From Lingula anatina (lineage: Eukaryota; Animalia; Brachiopoda): a stretch of DNA of 64,000 nucleotides. The stretch covers positions 13,760,587 to 13,824,586 of the forward strand of contig CM120648.1 of the NCBI GenBank assembly GCA_051362555.1. The letters are read 5' to 3'. Shown one piece after another: positions 11,649-24,100 of the stretch. The notes under the pieces are model-generated. The model made no database searches. It saw only the letters and a program-made list of their open reading frames with translations, and was not told the origin of the DNA. Numbering within the stretch: position 1 is the first letter of the stretch; every line of letters starts with the position of its first letter. A program made the translations under genes and the position numbers.

Positions 11649-14600
11649 GTGGCTTCTTGGTTGACAGACTCTTCCTGTCTCTTTATGGCTAAAGTCTATA
11701 GAACAAAAAAGGCATTGAAAGACAACATCAGGAGCAGTGCTCTTTCTCATCCATGTGTGCAATACATGATATGTGGCAAGATTAAGGACATGGTCAAATG
11801 GTGTGCTTACAGTCCAATTCCAGAAACCCACTGTATGGATGAGTCTGCATCTGGTATTGGTAGTAAGGAGAAGTCTTGATTGGGTATATGTTGTTTTTCA
11901 GAGAACAATAATAGGTAATTTGCCAAAACCTACACCAACCACATTTGTCCAAATTATTAATGTTTAACTATTTTGATCCATGGAATTTGCCATTGTTTCC
12001 AATGTAATTTTTAGTTTTCTCAAATATATTGTCCGAAAAATAGTTTTGATTACACACTGTAAACTGATAATCTTATCTCAGATTTTTGTTGTTATTAGGC
12101 ATCATTTATACCAATTTCACAAACATTGGACCAGATTTGTGAAAATTATTAATGTTTAACTATTTTGATCCATGGATTTTGCCCTTTTTCCAGGTAAACC
12201 TTCCATTGCAGCCTTGTGGCTTCTTGGTTGACAGACTCTTCCTGTCTCTTTATGGCTAATGCCTATAGAAAAAAACAGGCATTGAAAGACAACATCAGGA
12301 GCAGTGCTCTGTCTCATCTATGTGTGCAATACATGATATGTGGCAAGATTAAGGACATGGTCAAATGGTGTGCTAACAGTCCAATTCCAGAAACCCACTG
12401 TAAGGATGTGCCTGCATCTGGTATTGGTAGTAAGGAGAAGTCTTGATTGGGTATATGTTGTTTTTCAGAGAACAATAATAGGTAATTTGCCACTTCCTAC
12501 ACAAACAAACACAAGTCATCACATTTGTTGTTTTATTAGAGATAAAATGATTTATTGAAATATTGAAATATTTGTTTTTCGTAAGTTCTCACTCTTCTGA
12601 TATGAATTGGTAATAAAATACACTTCAATTAAACACAGGGATGTGATAAGCTTTTCTCAGATTTTTATTGTTGTAAAGCATCATTTGTACAAATTTCACA
12701 AAGATTGGACCACATTTGTCCAAATTATTAACGTTTAACTATTTTGATCCATGGAATTTGCCATTGTTTTCAATGTAATTTTTAGTTTTTTCGAATATAT
12801 TGTCCGAAAAATGGTTTTGATTACACACAGTCAACTGATAATCTTATCTCAGATTTTTATTGTTATTAGGCATCATTTATACCAATTTCACAAACATTGG
12901 ACCAGATTTGTGAAAATTATTAACATTTAACTATTTTATTCCATGGAATTTTTCCTTTTTCCAGGTAAACCTTCCATTGCAGCCTTGTGGCTTCTTGGTT
13001 GACACTCTTCCTGTCTCTTTATGGCTAATGTCTATAGAACAAAAAAGGCATTGAAAGACAACATCAGGTGCAGTGCTCTTTCTCATCCATGTGTGCAATA
13101 CATGATATGTGGCAAGATTAAGGACATGGTCAAATGGTGTGCTTACAGTCCAATTCCAGAAACCCACTGTAAGGATGAGTCTGCATCTGGTATTGGTAGT
13201 AAGGAGAAGTCTTGATTGGGTATATGTTGTTTTTCAGAGAACAATAATAGGTAATTTGCCACTTCCTACACAAACCAACACAAGTCATCACATATGTTGT
13301 TTTATTTGAGATAAAATGATTTATTGGAATATTGAAATATTTGTTTTCGTAAGTTCCCACTCTTCACATATGAATTGGCAATAAAATACATTTAAATTAA
13401 ACACAGGGATGTGATAGCCTTTTCTCAGATTTTTATTGTTGTAAAGCATCATTTGTACAAATTTCACAAAGATTGGACCACATTTGTCCAAATTATTAAC
13501 GTTTAACTATTTTGATCCATGGAATTTGCCATTGTTTTCAATGTAATTTTTAGTTTTTTCGAATATATTGTCCGAAAAATGGTTTTGATTACACACAGTC
13601 AACTGATAATCTTATCTCAGATTTTTATTGTTATTAGGCATCATTTATACCAATTTCACAAACATTGGACCAGATTTGTGAAAATTATTAACATTTAACT
13701 ATTTTATTCCATGGAATTTTTCCTTTTTCCAGGTAAACCTTCCATTGCAGCCTTGTGGCTTCTTGGTTGACAGACTCTTACTGTCTCTTTATGGCTAATG
13801 CCTATAGAAAAAAACGGGCATTGAAAGACAACATCAGAAGCAGTGCTCTGTCTCATCCATGTTTGCAATACATGATATGTGGCAAGATTAAGCACATGGT
13901 CAAATGGTGTGCTAACAGTCCAATTCCAGAAACCCACTGTAAGGATGAGTCTGCATCTGGTATTGGTAGTAAGGAGAAGTCTTGATTGGGTATATGTTGT
14001 TTTTCAGAGAACAATAATAGGTAATTTGCCAGTTCCTACACAAACAAACACAAGTCATCACATTTGTTGTTTTATTTGAGATATAATGATTTATTGAAAT
14101 ATTGAAATATTTGTTTTTCGTAAGTTCTCACTCTTCTGAAATGAATTGGCAATAACATACACTTAGATTAAACACAGGGATGTGATAAGCTTTTCTCAGA
14201 TTTTTATTATTGTAAAGCATCATTTGTACAAATTTCACAAAGATTGGACCACATTTGTCCAAATTATTAACGTTTAACTATTTTGATCCATGGAATTTGC
14301 CATTGTTTTCAATGTAATTTTTAGTTTTCTCGCATATATTGTCCGAAAAATGGTTTTGATTACACACAGTCAACTGATAATCTTATCTCAGATTTTTATT
14401 GTTATTAGGTATCATTTACACAAATTTCACAAACATTGGACCAGATTTGTGAAAATTATTAACATTTAACTATTTTATTCCATGGAATTTTTCCTTTTTC
14501 CAGGTAAACCTTCCATTGCAGCCTTGTGGCTTCTTGGTTGACAGACTCTTCCTGTCTCTTTATGGCTAATGTCTATAGAACAAAAAAGGCATTGAAAGAC

Positions 14601-17600
14601 AACATCAGGAGCAGTGCTCTTTCTCATCCATGTGTGCAATACATGATATGTGGCAAGATTAAGGACATGGTCAAATGGTGTGCTTACAGTCCAATTCCAG
14701 AAACCCACTGTATGGATGAGTCTGCATCTGGTATTGGTAGTAAGGAGAAGTCTTGATTGGGTATATGTTGTTTTTCAGAGAACAATAATAGGTAATTTGC
14801 CACAACCTACACCAACCACATTTGTCCAAATTATTAATGTTTAACTATTTTGATCCATGGAATTTGCCATTGTTTCCAATGTAATTTTTAGTTTTCTCAA
14901 ATATATTGTCCGAAAAATAGTTTTGATTACACACTGTAAACTGATAATCTTATCTCAGATTTTTGTTGTTATTAGGCATCATTTATACCAATTTCACAAA
15001 CATTGGACCAGATTTGTGAAAATTATTAATGTTTAACTATTTTGATCCATGGATTTTGCCCTTTTTCCAGGTAAACCTTCCATTGCAGCCTTGTGGCTTC
15101 TTGGTTGACAGACTCTTCCTGTCTCTTTATGGCTAATGCCTATAGAAAAAAACAGGCATTGAAAGACAACATCAGGAGCAGTGCTCTGTCTCATCTATGT
15201 GTGCAATACATGATATGTGGCAAGATTAAGGACATGGTCAAATGGTGTGCTAACAGTCCAATTCCAGAAACCCACTGTAAGGATGTGCCTGCATCTGGTA
15301 TTGGTAGTAAGGAGAAGTCTTGATTGGGTATATGTTGTTTTTCAGAGAACAATAATAGGTAATTTGCCACTTCCTACACAAACAAACACATGTCATCACA
15401 TTTGTTGTTTTATTAGAGATAAAATGATTTATTGAAATATTGAAATATTTGTTTTTCGTAAGTTCTCACTCTTCTGATATGAATTGGTAATAAAATACAC
15501 TTCAATTAAACACAGGGATGTGATAAGCTTTTCTCAGATTTTTATTGTTGTAAAGCATCATTTGTACAAATTTCACAAAGATTGGACCACATTTGTCCAA
15601 ATTATTAACGTTTAACTATTTTGATCCATGGAATTTGCCATTGTTTTCAATGTAATTTTTAGTTTTTTCGAATATATTGTCCGAAAAATGGTTTTGATTA
15701 CACACAGTCAACTGATAATCTTATCTCAGATTTTTATTGTTATTAGGCATCATTTATACCAATTTCACAAACATTGGACCAGATTTGTGAAAATTATTAA
15801 CATTTAACTATTTTATTCCATGGAATTTTTCCTTTTTCCAGGTAAACCTTCCATTGCAGCCTTGTGGCTTCTTGGTTGACACTCTTCCTGTCTCTTTATG
15901 GCTAATGTCTATAGAACAAAAAAGGCATTGAAAGACAACATCAGGTGCAGTGCTCTTTCTCATCCATGTGTGCAATACATGATATGTGGCAAGATTAAGG
16001 ACATGGTCAAATGGTGTGCTTACAGTCCAATTCCAGAAACCCACTGTAAGGATGAGTCTGCATCTGGTATTGGTAGTAAGGAGAAGTCTTGATTGGGTAT
16101 ATGTTGTTTTTCAGAGAACAATAATAGGTAATTTGCCACTTCCTACACAAACCAACACAAGTCATCACATATGTTGTTTTATTTGAGATAAAATGATTTA
16201 TTGGAATATTGAAATATTTGTTTTCGTAAGTTCCCACTCTTCACATATGAATTGGCAATAAAATACATTTAAATTAAACACAGGGATGTGATAGCCTTTT
16301 CTCAGATTTTTATTGTTGTAAAGCATCATTTGTACAAATTTCACAAAGATTGGACCACATTTGTCCAAATTATTAACGTTTAACTATTTTGATCCATGGA
16401 ATTTGCCATTGTTTTCAATGTAATTTTTAGTTTTTTCGAATATATTGTCCGAAAAATGGTTTTGATTACACACAGTCAACTGATAATCTTATCTCAGATT
16501 TTTATTGTTATTAGGCATCATTTATACCAATTTCACAAACATTGGACCAGATTTGTGAAAATTATTAACATTTAACTATTTTATTCCATGGAATTTTTCC
16601 TTTTTCCAGGTAAACCTTCCATTGCAGCCTTGTGGCTTCTTGGTTGACAGACTCTTACTGTCTCTTTATGGCTAATGCCTATAGAAAAAAACGGGCATTG
16701 AAAGACAACATCAGAAGCAGTGCTCTGTCTCATCCATGTTTGCAATACATGATATGTGGCAAGATTAAGCACATGGTCAAATGGTGTGCTAACAGTCCAA
16801 TTCCAGAAACCCACTGTAAGGATGAGTCTGCATCTGGTATTGGTAGTAAGGAGAAGTCTTGATTGGGTATATGTTGTTTTTCAGAGAACAATAATAGGTA
16901 ATTTGCCAGTTCCTACACAAACAAACACAAGTCATCACATTTGTTGTTTTATTTGAGATATAATGATTTATTGAAATATTGAAATATTTGTTTTTCGTAA
17001 GTTCTCACTCTTCTGAAATGAATTGGCAATAACATACACTTAGATTAAACACAGGGATGTGATAAGCTTTTCTCAGATTTTTATTATTGTAAAGCATCAT
17101 TTGTACAAATTTCACAAAGATTGGACCACATTTGTCCAAATTATTAACGTTTAACTATTTTGATCCATGGAATTTGCCATTGTTTTCAATGTAATTTTTA
17201 GTTTTCTCGCATATATTGTCCGAAAAATGGTTTTGATTACACACAGTCAACTGATAATCTTATCTCAGATTTTTATTGTTATTAGGTATCATTTACACAA
17301 ATTTCACAAACATTGGACCAGATTTGTGAAAATTATTAACATTTAACTATTTTATTCCATGGAATTTTTCCTTTTTCCAGGTAAACCTTCCATTGCAGCC
17401 TTGTGGCTTCTTGGTTGACAGACTCTTCCTGTCTCTTTATGGCTAATGTCTATAGAACAAAAAAGGCATTGAAAGACAACATCAGGAGCAGTGCTCTTTC
17501 TCATCCATGTGTGCAATACATGATATGTGGCAAGATTAAGGACATGGTCAAATGGTGTGCTTACAGTCCAATTCCAGAAACCCACTGTATGGATGAGTCT

Positions 17601-19201
17601 GCATCTGGTATTGGTAGTAAGGAGAAGTCTTGATTGGGTATATGTTGTTTTTCAGAGAACAATAATAGGTAATTTGCCACAACCTACACCAACCACATTT
17701 GTCCAAATTATTAATGTTTAACTATTTTGATCCATGGAATTTGCCATTGTTTCCAATGTAATTTTTAGTTTTCTCAAATATATTGTCCGAAAAATAGTTT
17801 TGATTACACACTGTAAACTGATAATCTTATCTCAGATTTTTGTTGTTATTAGGCATCATTTATACCAATTTCACAAACATTGGACCAGATTTGTGAAAAT
17901 TATTAATGTTTAACTATTTTGATCCATGGATTTTGCCCTTTTTCCAGGTAAACCTTCCATTGCAGCCTTGTGGCTTCTTGGTTGACAGACTCTTCCTGTC
18001 TCTTTATGGCTAATGCCTATAGAAAAAAACAGGCATTGAAAGACAACATCAGGAGCAGTGCTCTGTCTCATCTATGTGTGCAATACATGATATGTGGCAA
18101 GATTAAGGACATGGTCAAATGGTGTGCTAACAGTCCAATTCCAGAAACCCACTGTAAGGATGTGCCTGCATCTGGTATTGGTAGTAAGGAGAAGTCTTGA
18201 TTGGGTATATGTTGTTTTTCAGAGAACAATAATAGGTAATTTGCCACTTCCTACACAAACAAACACATGTCATCACATTTGTTGTTTTATTAGAGATAAA
18301 ATGATTTATTGAAATATTGAAATATTTGTTTTTCGTAAGTTCTCACTCTTCTGATATGAATTGGTAATAAAATACACTTCAATTAAACACAGGGATGTGA
18401 TAAGCTTTTCTCAGATTTTTATTGTTGTAAAGCATCATTTGTACAAATTTCACAAAGATTGGACCACATTTGTCCAAATTATTAACGTTTAACTATTTTG
18501 ATCCATGGAATTTGCCATTGTTTTCAATGTAATTTTTAGTTTTTTCGAATATATTGTCCGAAAAATGGTTTTGATTACACACAGTCAACTGATAATCTTA
18601 TCTCAGATTTTTATTGTTATTAGGCATCATTTATACCAATTTCACAAACATTGGACCAGATTTGTGAAAATTATTAACATTTAACTATTTTATTCCATGG
18701 AATTTTTCCTTTTTCCAGGTAAACCTTCCATTGCAGCCTTGTGGCTTCTTGGTTGACACTCTTCCTGTCTCTTTATGGCTAATGTCTATAGAACAAAAAA
18801 GGCATTGAAAGACAACATCAGGAGCAGTGCTCTTTCTCATCCATGTGTGCAATACATGATATGTGGCAAGATTAAGGACATGGTCAAATGGTGTGCTTAC
18901 AGTCCAATTCCAGAAACCCACTGTAAGGATGAGTCTGCATCTGGTATTGGTAGTAAGGAGAAGTCTTGATTGGGTATATGTTGTTTTTCAGAGAACAATA
19001 ATAGGTAATTTGCCACTTCCTACACAAACCAACACAAGTCATCACATATGTTGTTTTATTTGAGATAAAATGATTTATTGGAATATTGAAATATTTGTTT
19101 TCGTAAGTTCCCACTCTTCACATATGAATTGGCAATAAAATACATTTAAATTAAACACAGGGATGTGATAGCCTTTTCTCAGATTTTTATTGTTGTAAAG
19201 C
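11649..19201. repeat. 4-monomer higher-order repeat, 2877 bp x2 plus a partial third copy
   Basis: The 567-bp monomer recurs at 11649, 14526 and 17403 (2877 bp apart). The private variants aaacgggc/ccatgtttgc/aagcacatg occur in the monomers at 13755 and 16632. Confidence 0.92.
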
Positions 19202-19207
19202 GTCGGT

Positions 19208-19217
19208 GTGACGTCAC
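19208..19217 (+). promoter_or_regulatory. CRE/ATF-type palindrome GTGACGTCAC at the extreme 5' end of the LINE (candidate internal promoter element)
   Basis: A perfect 10-bp palindrome containing TGACGTCA starts 6 nt into the 160-bp 5'UTR. LINEs are known to use internal 5' promoters; function here is inferred. Confidence 0.45.
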
Positions 19218-19361
19218 GAGATGTAATGGTCACAGATTAGGGAGGCTCGGACGTTAGAGTGTCTTTCTTTAGTTTGGCTGCTGCTTAGTGAAATTCGAGG
19301 TCTCGACATATCTTATAAAGTCTCCTAGCAGTGTCTGTACGCAGGTGGATGCAAGCAAAAG

Positions 19362-20333
19362 ATGGCACAGTCTGCTATTACTAGTTTCCTAACGGGCACC
19401 AGGGAGAGGACTGGGATTGACATCCAAGATGGAGGAATATATGATGACGACGACCAGTCAAGCCCCGTACAGCCTCCTGGTAAAAGAGGTAGGCCAAATA
19501 CGCCTGAAAATAGGATCGTGTCTTCTGATGCCTTTTCTAATGATCCCGACCCGAATCTTCTTAACTTTCTAAGCCAGTTTGAATCACGTATGAAAGACAT
19601 GCTCACTGATTTCGAGAAACATTTGGATGAGAAAATGAAATCTGTCGATGTGAAAATTCGAGCGGCAATAAATGAGGCCATTACATCTAAAATAGCTCCC
19701 ATCAAATCCGAGCTTGCCGAAATTAATGCGGAGCTGCAGGACGAACTTAGCTTGTTACGAGCAGAAAATCTGAAAATAAAAGAGGATCTAAATCAAGTAA
19801 CACTTCTTGCTAATCAGAACTCTCAGTATTCGAGACGCTTACAGCTAAGATTTTCCGGGGTCCCCTTAAGTGAAATGGAGAAAAAAGAGCCTTTCAATGT
19901 GAAGCATTGCATCTCCAGCTTGGTGAAAACTTTATCTGACACACCGATTCATCCAAAACTTGTCAGCGATGATATAGAAACGGCGCATAGGCTACCTCAA
20001 CATAAGAGGGCAGATCAAAGCCAAATTATAATTAGGCTGAAGTCTAAAGCTGTCCGTGATGACTTTATTGGAAATAGATTTCTGTTGAAAGGGACCGGGA
20101 TCCGTGTCTATGAAGATTTAAGCCCAATGAATCGTGGTCTTTTAAGAAGACTGACGGATCATGGTTCGATCTCTAATTGTTGGTCAGACAGAGGGAAAAT
20201 TCTTGGGAAAACCAAAAACGGAGTCATTCGTGTCTTCCAAGTAACTGACGACATTGACAATATTATCACCGACATGGAAAATGCCCCTGCCAAACCACCC
20301 GTAAATCGTAAACCACGCAAGCAAGTGGTGTGA
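19362..20333 (+). CDS. LINE ORF1 protein (coiled coil + RRM-like nucleic-acid chaperone), 323 aa
   Basis: A heptad-rich helical region (FESRMKDMLTDFEKHLDEKMK...LQDELSLLRAENLKIKEDLNQV) is followed by QYSRRLQLRFSGVP, IETAHRL, IIIRL, IRVYEDLS and CWSDRGKI, the motif order typical of L1/CR1-group ORF1 RRM-CTD regions. Basic NLS-like patches PGKRGRP and RKPRK are present. Confidence 0.85.
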   Translation: MAQSAITSFLTGTRERTGIDIQDGGIYDDDDQSSPVQPPGKRGRPNTPENRIVSSDAFSNDPDPNLLNFLSQFESRMKDMLTDFEKHLDEKMKSVDVKIRAAINEAITSKIAPIKSELAEINAELQDELSLLRAENLKIKEDLNQVTLLANQNSQYSRRLQLRFSGVPLSEMEKKEPFNVKHCISSLVKTLSDTPIHPKLVSDDIETAHRLPQHKRADQSQIIIRLKSKAVRDDFIGNRFLLKGTGIRVYEDLSPMNRGLLRRLTDHGSISNCWSDRGKILGKTKNGVIRVFQVTDDIDNIITDMENAPAKPPVNRKPRKQVV

Positions 20334-20352
20334 GTAGCCGTCGTGCAGTCTT

Positions 20353-20493
20353 TTGTGTGCTTTCAATTTGCCACTGAACAACAGTCAACGTAGCTAGCTA
20401 TACAACATCACTACTTAGTCAAGCTTGTGTGCTTCCATTTGTCACTAAAGAACAGCCAAGTTAGTCAGCTATATCACATCTTTTTAGTCAAGC
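20353..20493 (+). repeat. Diverged ~70-bp tandem duplication at the start of the inter-ORF spacer
   Basis: ttgtgtgctttcaatttgccactgaacaacagtcaacgtagctagctatacaacatcactacttagtcaagc (20353-20424) aligns with ttgtgtgcttccatttgtcactaaagaacagccaagttagtcagctatatcacatctttttagtcaagc (20425-20493). Confidence 0.8.
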
Positions 20494-21169
20494 ATGTAAA
20501 CATCTACACGACTGGTCGGTTATCTTGTTACCACATGGAGAATGTAACTATGGAGTTGTCTCTCTATATAGCCAGTCAGAAAATACTAAATTTTAATCTG
20601 AGGTGTAACTGACCAAACATTTATTGGTGATTATCCTCGATGAGCTTTAGTTTGATTTTACGTAGGTTTTAGAGTCATGTCTCTATTAATCAATGGATAA
20701 ATGCATATTTAAGCTGGTGTGTAACTAGAAAAATATCAATTTAATTACACGATACCTGGCTCATAATGGATGAGACACCAAACGATGGTTAAGATGGATG
20801 ACTTACTGTTATCAACTTCTGATGACCATTATCTGTTTTATGATGGACGAAATTGTAATCAATAACTGGTCCAGATGACATAAGTAAGCACATGCAAGCC
20901 TTGCACATCAATGACCTTACTAATGGAGATTGGTAGAAAACTTACAGCCGTATTTAATTCCGAAGCCATCCCAAACCTTGCCTTTTCTTTTCACCGTGCC
21001 ATCTCAATCTACACTATACGACCTGTCAAGAGTATTATCTATTCTGTTTTGTTCTTTCCCATTTATATAATCATGTTCTTTAACTGTTTTATATGTTGTG
21101 AAGGGGAGCCGGAGGAGGGACTTGGCATGGGGATCAGGGGGGATGTATCGTGGGAGGTGTACCATCTAA

Positions 21170-24100
21170 ATGGGGATTAGCTTGATGCAGTGGAGGGTGA
21201 CGGTTGGTTGTTTCTGCTGTCTCAAAGGTATGGCTAAGAAAAGGGAAACACACCTTAAGTTCCCTTATTTAATTTATATGAAACCGTTAACAGCTCTCAT
21301 CTTCCTCTTTATCATTGTAACTTTGTGCCTTTACTTGGTATATCCTATAAGTGTAACCCAAGATCATAAAGATCGGCCGGTTACTCCATTCTCCTTTGCG
21401 TGTGTCGCTGGCGGCAATCTGTCCTCACTACTGTTACTTTGTTGCATATCGCAATTATTCGCTAAATCATATTATGTGAAAACCTATATACTTATTGCGG
21501 CTGAACTACTTGCATTTTATTTAACTCTCTTCCAAACGACGTCGACATTTCAATATATAAGTCTGTCAGGATTCAAACTTCTTCTCGCCGGTGACGTACA
21601 TCCCAACCCAGGGCCTAGGCTTAAACCTGAAAATGACTTAAAAATACTTTTTTCGAATATACGTAGCCTTGGGGCCGAAAACGGGCTAAGGTTTGACGCT
21701 CTATCCATTCGCGCTAAACAATTGGAAATTAATATAATCGGTCTGTGTGAAGCGGGGAAAATTCCTGAGCATTATCTGACTAGTAAATATTACATCGATG
21801 GCTATCATAATCCTTTATACTCGGAAAAGGGACGTGGCTTTATAATTTATGTGGGAAATGACATGATATATAAAATAAGAGAGGACTTGTGTAACACGGA
21901 GTTGGATTGCCTTTGGATTGAATTACAGCTTAAATATAAAAAGCTTCTGTATGGTATTTTTTACAGATCTCCAAGCCAAACTGCAAATGAAAGAAACCAA
22001 TTTATAAGTCAATTATCTGATTGTCTCTATAGAGCTAAATTATCCAGACCTGACGGAATAATCATCAACGGGGACTTTAACGCCCACTCACGGAACTGGT
22101 ACCTGGGTGGAAGGGATGATGTTGCAGGTGAATTGCTACATGATCTGTTCTCAACCCATGGTCTGGACCAGCTAGTAAGAGAACCAACCAGAATACAAGG
22201 TGATTCATCCTCGTGCATTGACTTGACAGTTACTGATATCCCAGGGTTGGTTACAAATGTGTCAGTTGAGGCTCCCATTGGATCGACCGATCATAGCACT
22301 CTCGTGTCCTCATTTGATGTTTTTCTGCTTAAATATAAGCCATATAAGAAAATAATCTGGAAATATGATCAAGCTAATATTCATGGTCTAAACAATGATA
22401 TTATAAGCTTTGATTGGGATACCTTTTTTCAATCTCAAAATAATATACACGAAATGACTAGAAATTTTACTGAAAGATTACTCCTTATCTTTAAAAAGCA
22501 TATTCCGCAAAAAGTAAGAATTATTAAAAGGAATGATAAACCTTGGTTTTCTGATAGACTAAAACATGAAATAAATAAAAAAAAGAAACTTTATGCTAAA
22601 ATGAAAACCAATCCTACTCCGGGCAATATACTCTGTTATGATACTCAGTCTGTGCTTGTTAAGGAACTTATAAGGGATACGAAGGAATCCTACTTTAATA
22701 GCTTAATTGAAAGCCTTGATGAAAAACCTGGCAATGGTCGTAAATTATTTTGGCCGACTATTAAAAACCTTATCGGTTCAAAATACATTACGTCAATTCC
22801 AACCCTTTTAAACCATTCGACTGGCCAAATTGCGATTACGGATTCAGAGAAGGCCAAAGTTTTCCTAGATTATTTTTCAGAAAGGTACCATTCCGATGTA
22901 GTAACTTCCACAGCATTAGTTAACTTCCCTGATAAAACAAATGCAATTTTGTCAGAAATTGATTTTAATGACACTGAGATCAAAGTAATAATCGATGATA
23001 TGGATGCATCTAAGGCAAGTGGTCCGGACTCGGTGACGATAAAAATGTTAAAACTAAGCAAAGATGTTGTTGTGAAACCATTATGTATTTTATTTAATTA
23101 TATTATTCAATCTAACACCTACCCTGACCTGTGGAAAATGGCGTTTATTTGCCCGATTTATAAGAAAGGTGACAGAAGTTGCATAGATAACTATAGACCA
23201 GTGTCACTTTTGAGCGTCTTATCAAAACTTTTGGAAAAAATTATTTATAAAAGGATGATTAATCATGTCGTTAACAATAATTTATTGTTTGAAAAACAAT
23301 CCGGGTTTCTTAAGGGTCATAGCACTGAACACCAATTACTGGCAATTCAAAATTTGATTAGATCTAACTTTAGAAAGGGCCGAGATGTAAGAGGAATATT
23401 TCTTGATATTTCAGCCGCTTTTGATAAAGTTCCGCATAGTTTATTACTAATCAAGCTGTCAGCCTATGGTATTAAAGGTAACCTACTGTCACTATTATCC
23501 TCTTATTTGAGCGATAGAAAAGTTAAAGTCCGTATCAACGGCACGTTATCTGAATCTTCCAACGAATCTTACATCAACACTAGTGTTCCACAAGGCAGCA
23601 TTCTCGGTCCTCTTCTTTTTCTTCTATATATAAATGATTTAGCTGACAACCTTTCTTCAGATTGTTTTCTATATGCTGACGACACGTTTATTTTTCAATC
23701 TTCTATTCCCTCTGACAGCCAGTCGCACGATGCACTTCAATCCGACCTATCAAAGCTCGAGGAATGGTCTAACAGATGGAAACTGGAGTTCAAACCCAAT
23801 AAGAGTTGTGAGGTTATATTCTCTACTAAGGTTACAGCGAATAAATACAGAAATCTAATATTATGTGATTTAACGATACCCCGGAAATCATTCCACAAAC
23901 ATCTCGGATTCGTACTAGATTCAAAACTGTCTTGTGCCGAGCATATAAGTTATCTAGCTACTAAGGCCCAAAAGGCCCTGAATCCTCTTAAGTCCCTGTC
24001 CCACAGGCTCAGATCTAGGCACTTGAATATACTATATAACGCTTACGTTCTGTCTCTGCTTGATTACTGCGACATCCTATATCACTCAGCAACTAAAAGG

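Larger units (their letters stand above)
1..19201. repeat. Satellite DNA array, left arm (~27 monomers of ~770 bp, including 567-bp variants)
   Basis: The same sequence (e.g. ttccaggtaaaccttccattgcagccttgtggcttc) recurs head-to-tail at spacings of 567/769/770/771 bp, and the ORF track repeats with the same period. The array runs off the left edge and ends at ...ttgtaaagc (19201). Confidence 0.98.

Noticed and set aside
1-19201. Tandem RNA-gene or histone cluster (5S, U snRNA, SL RNA, tRNA)
   Set aside because: I could not recognise a 5S, tRNA, snRNA or histone sequence on either strand. The Sm-like aatttttag is too weak alone. An Infernal/Rfam scan of the monomer would be the decisive test.
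19160-19201. A canonical target-site duplication
   Set aside because: The two copies differ at three monomer-type-diagnostic positions, so it is not annotated as a true TSD (see findings).
19237-19242. TTAGGG near the LINE 5' end as a telomeric repeat
   Set aside because: It is a single hexamer, as expected by chance.
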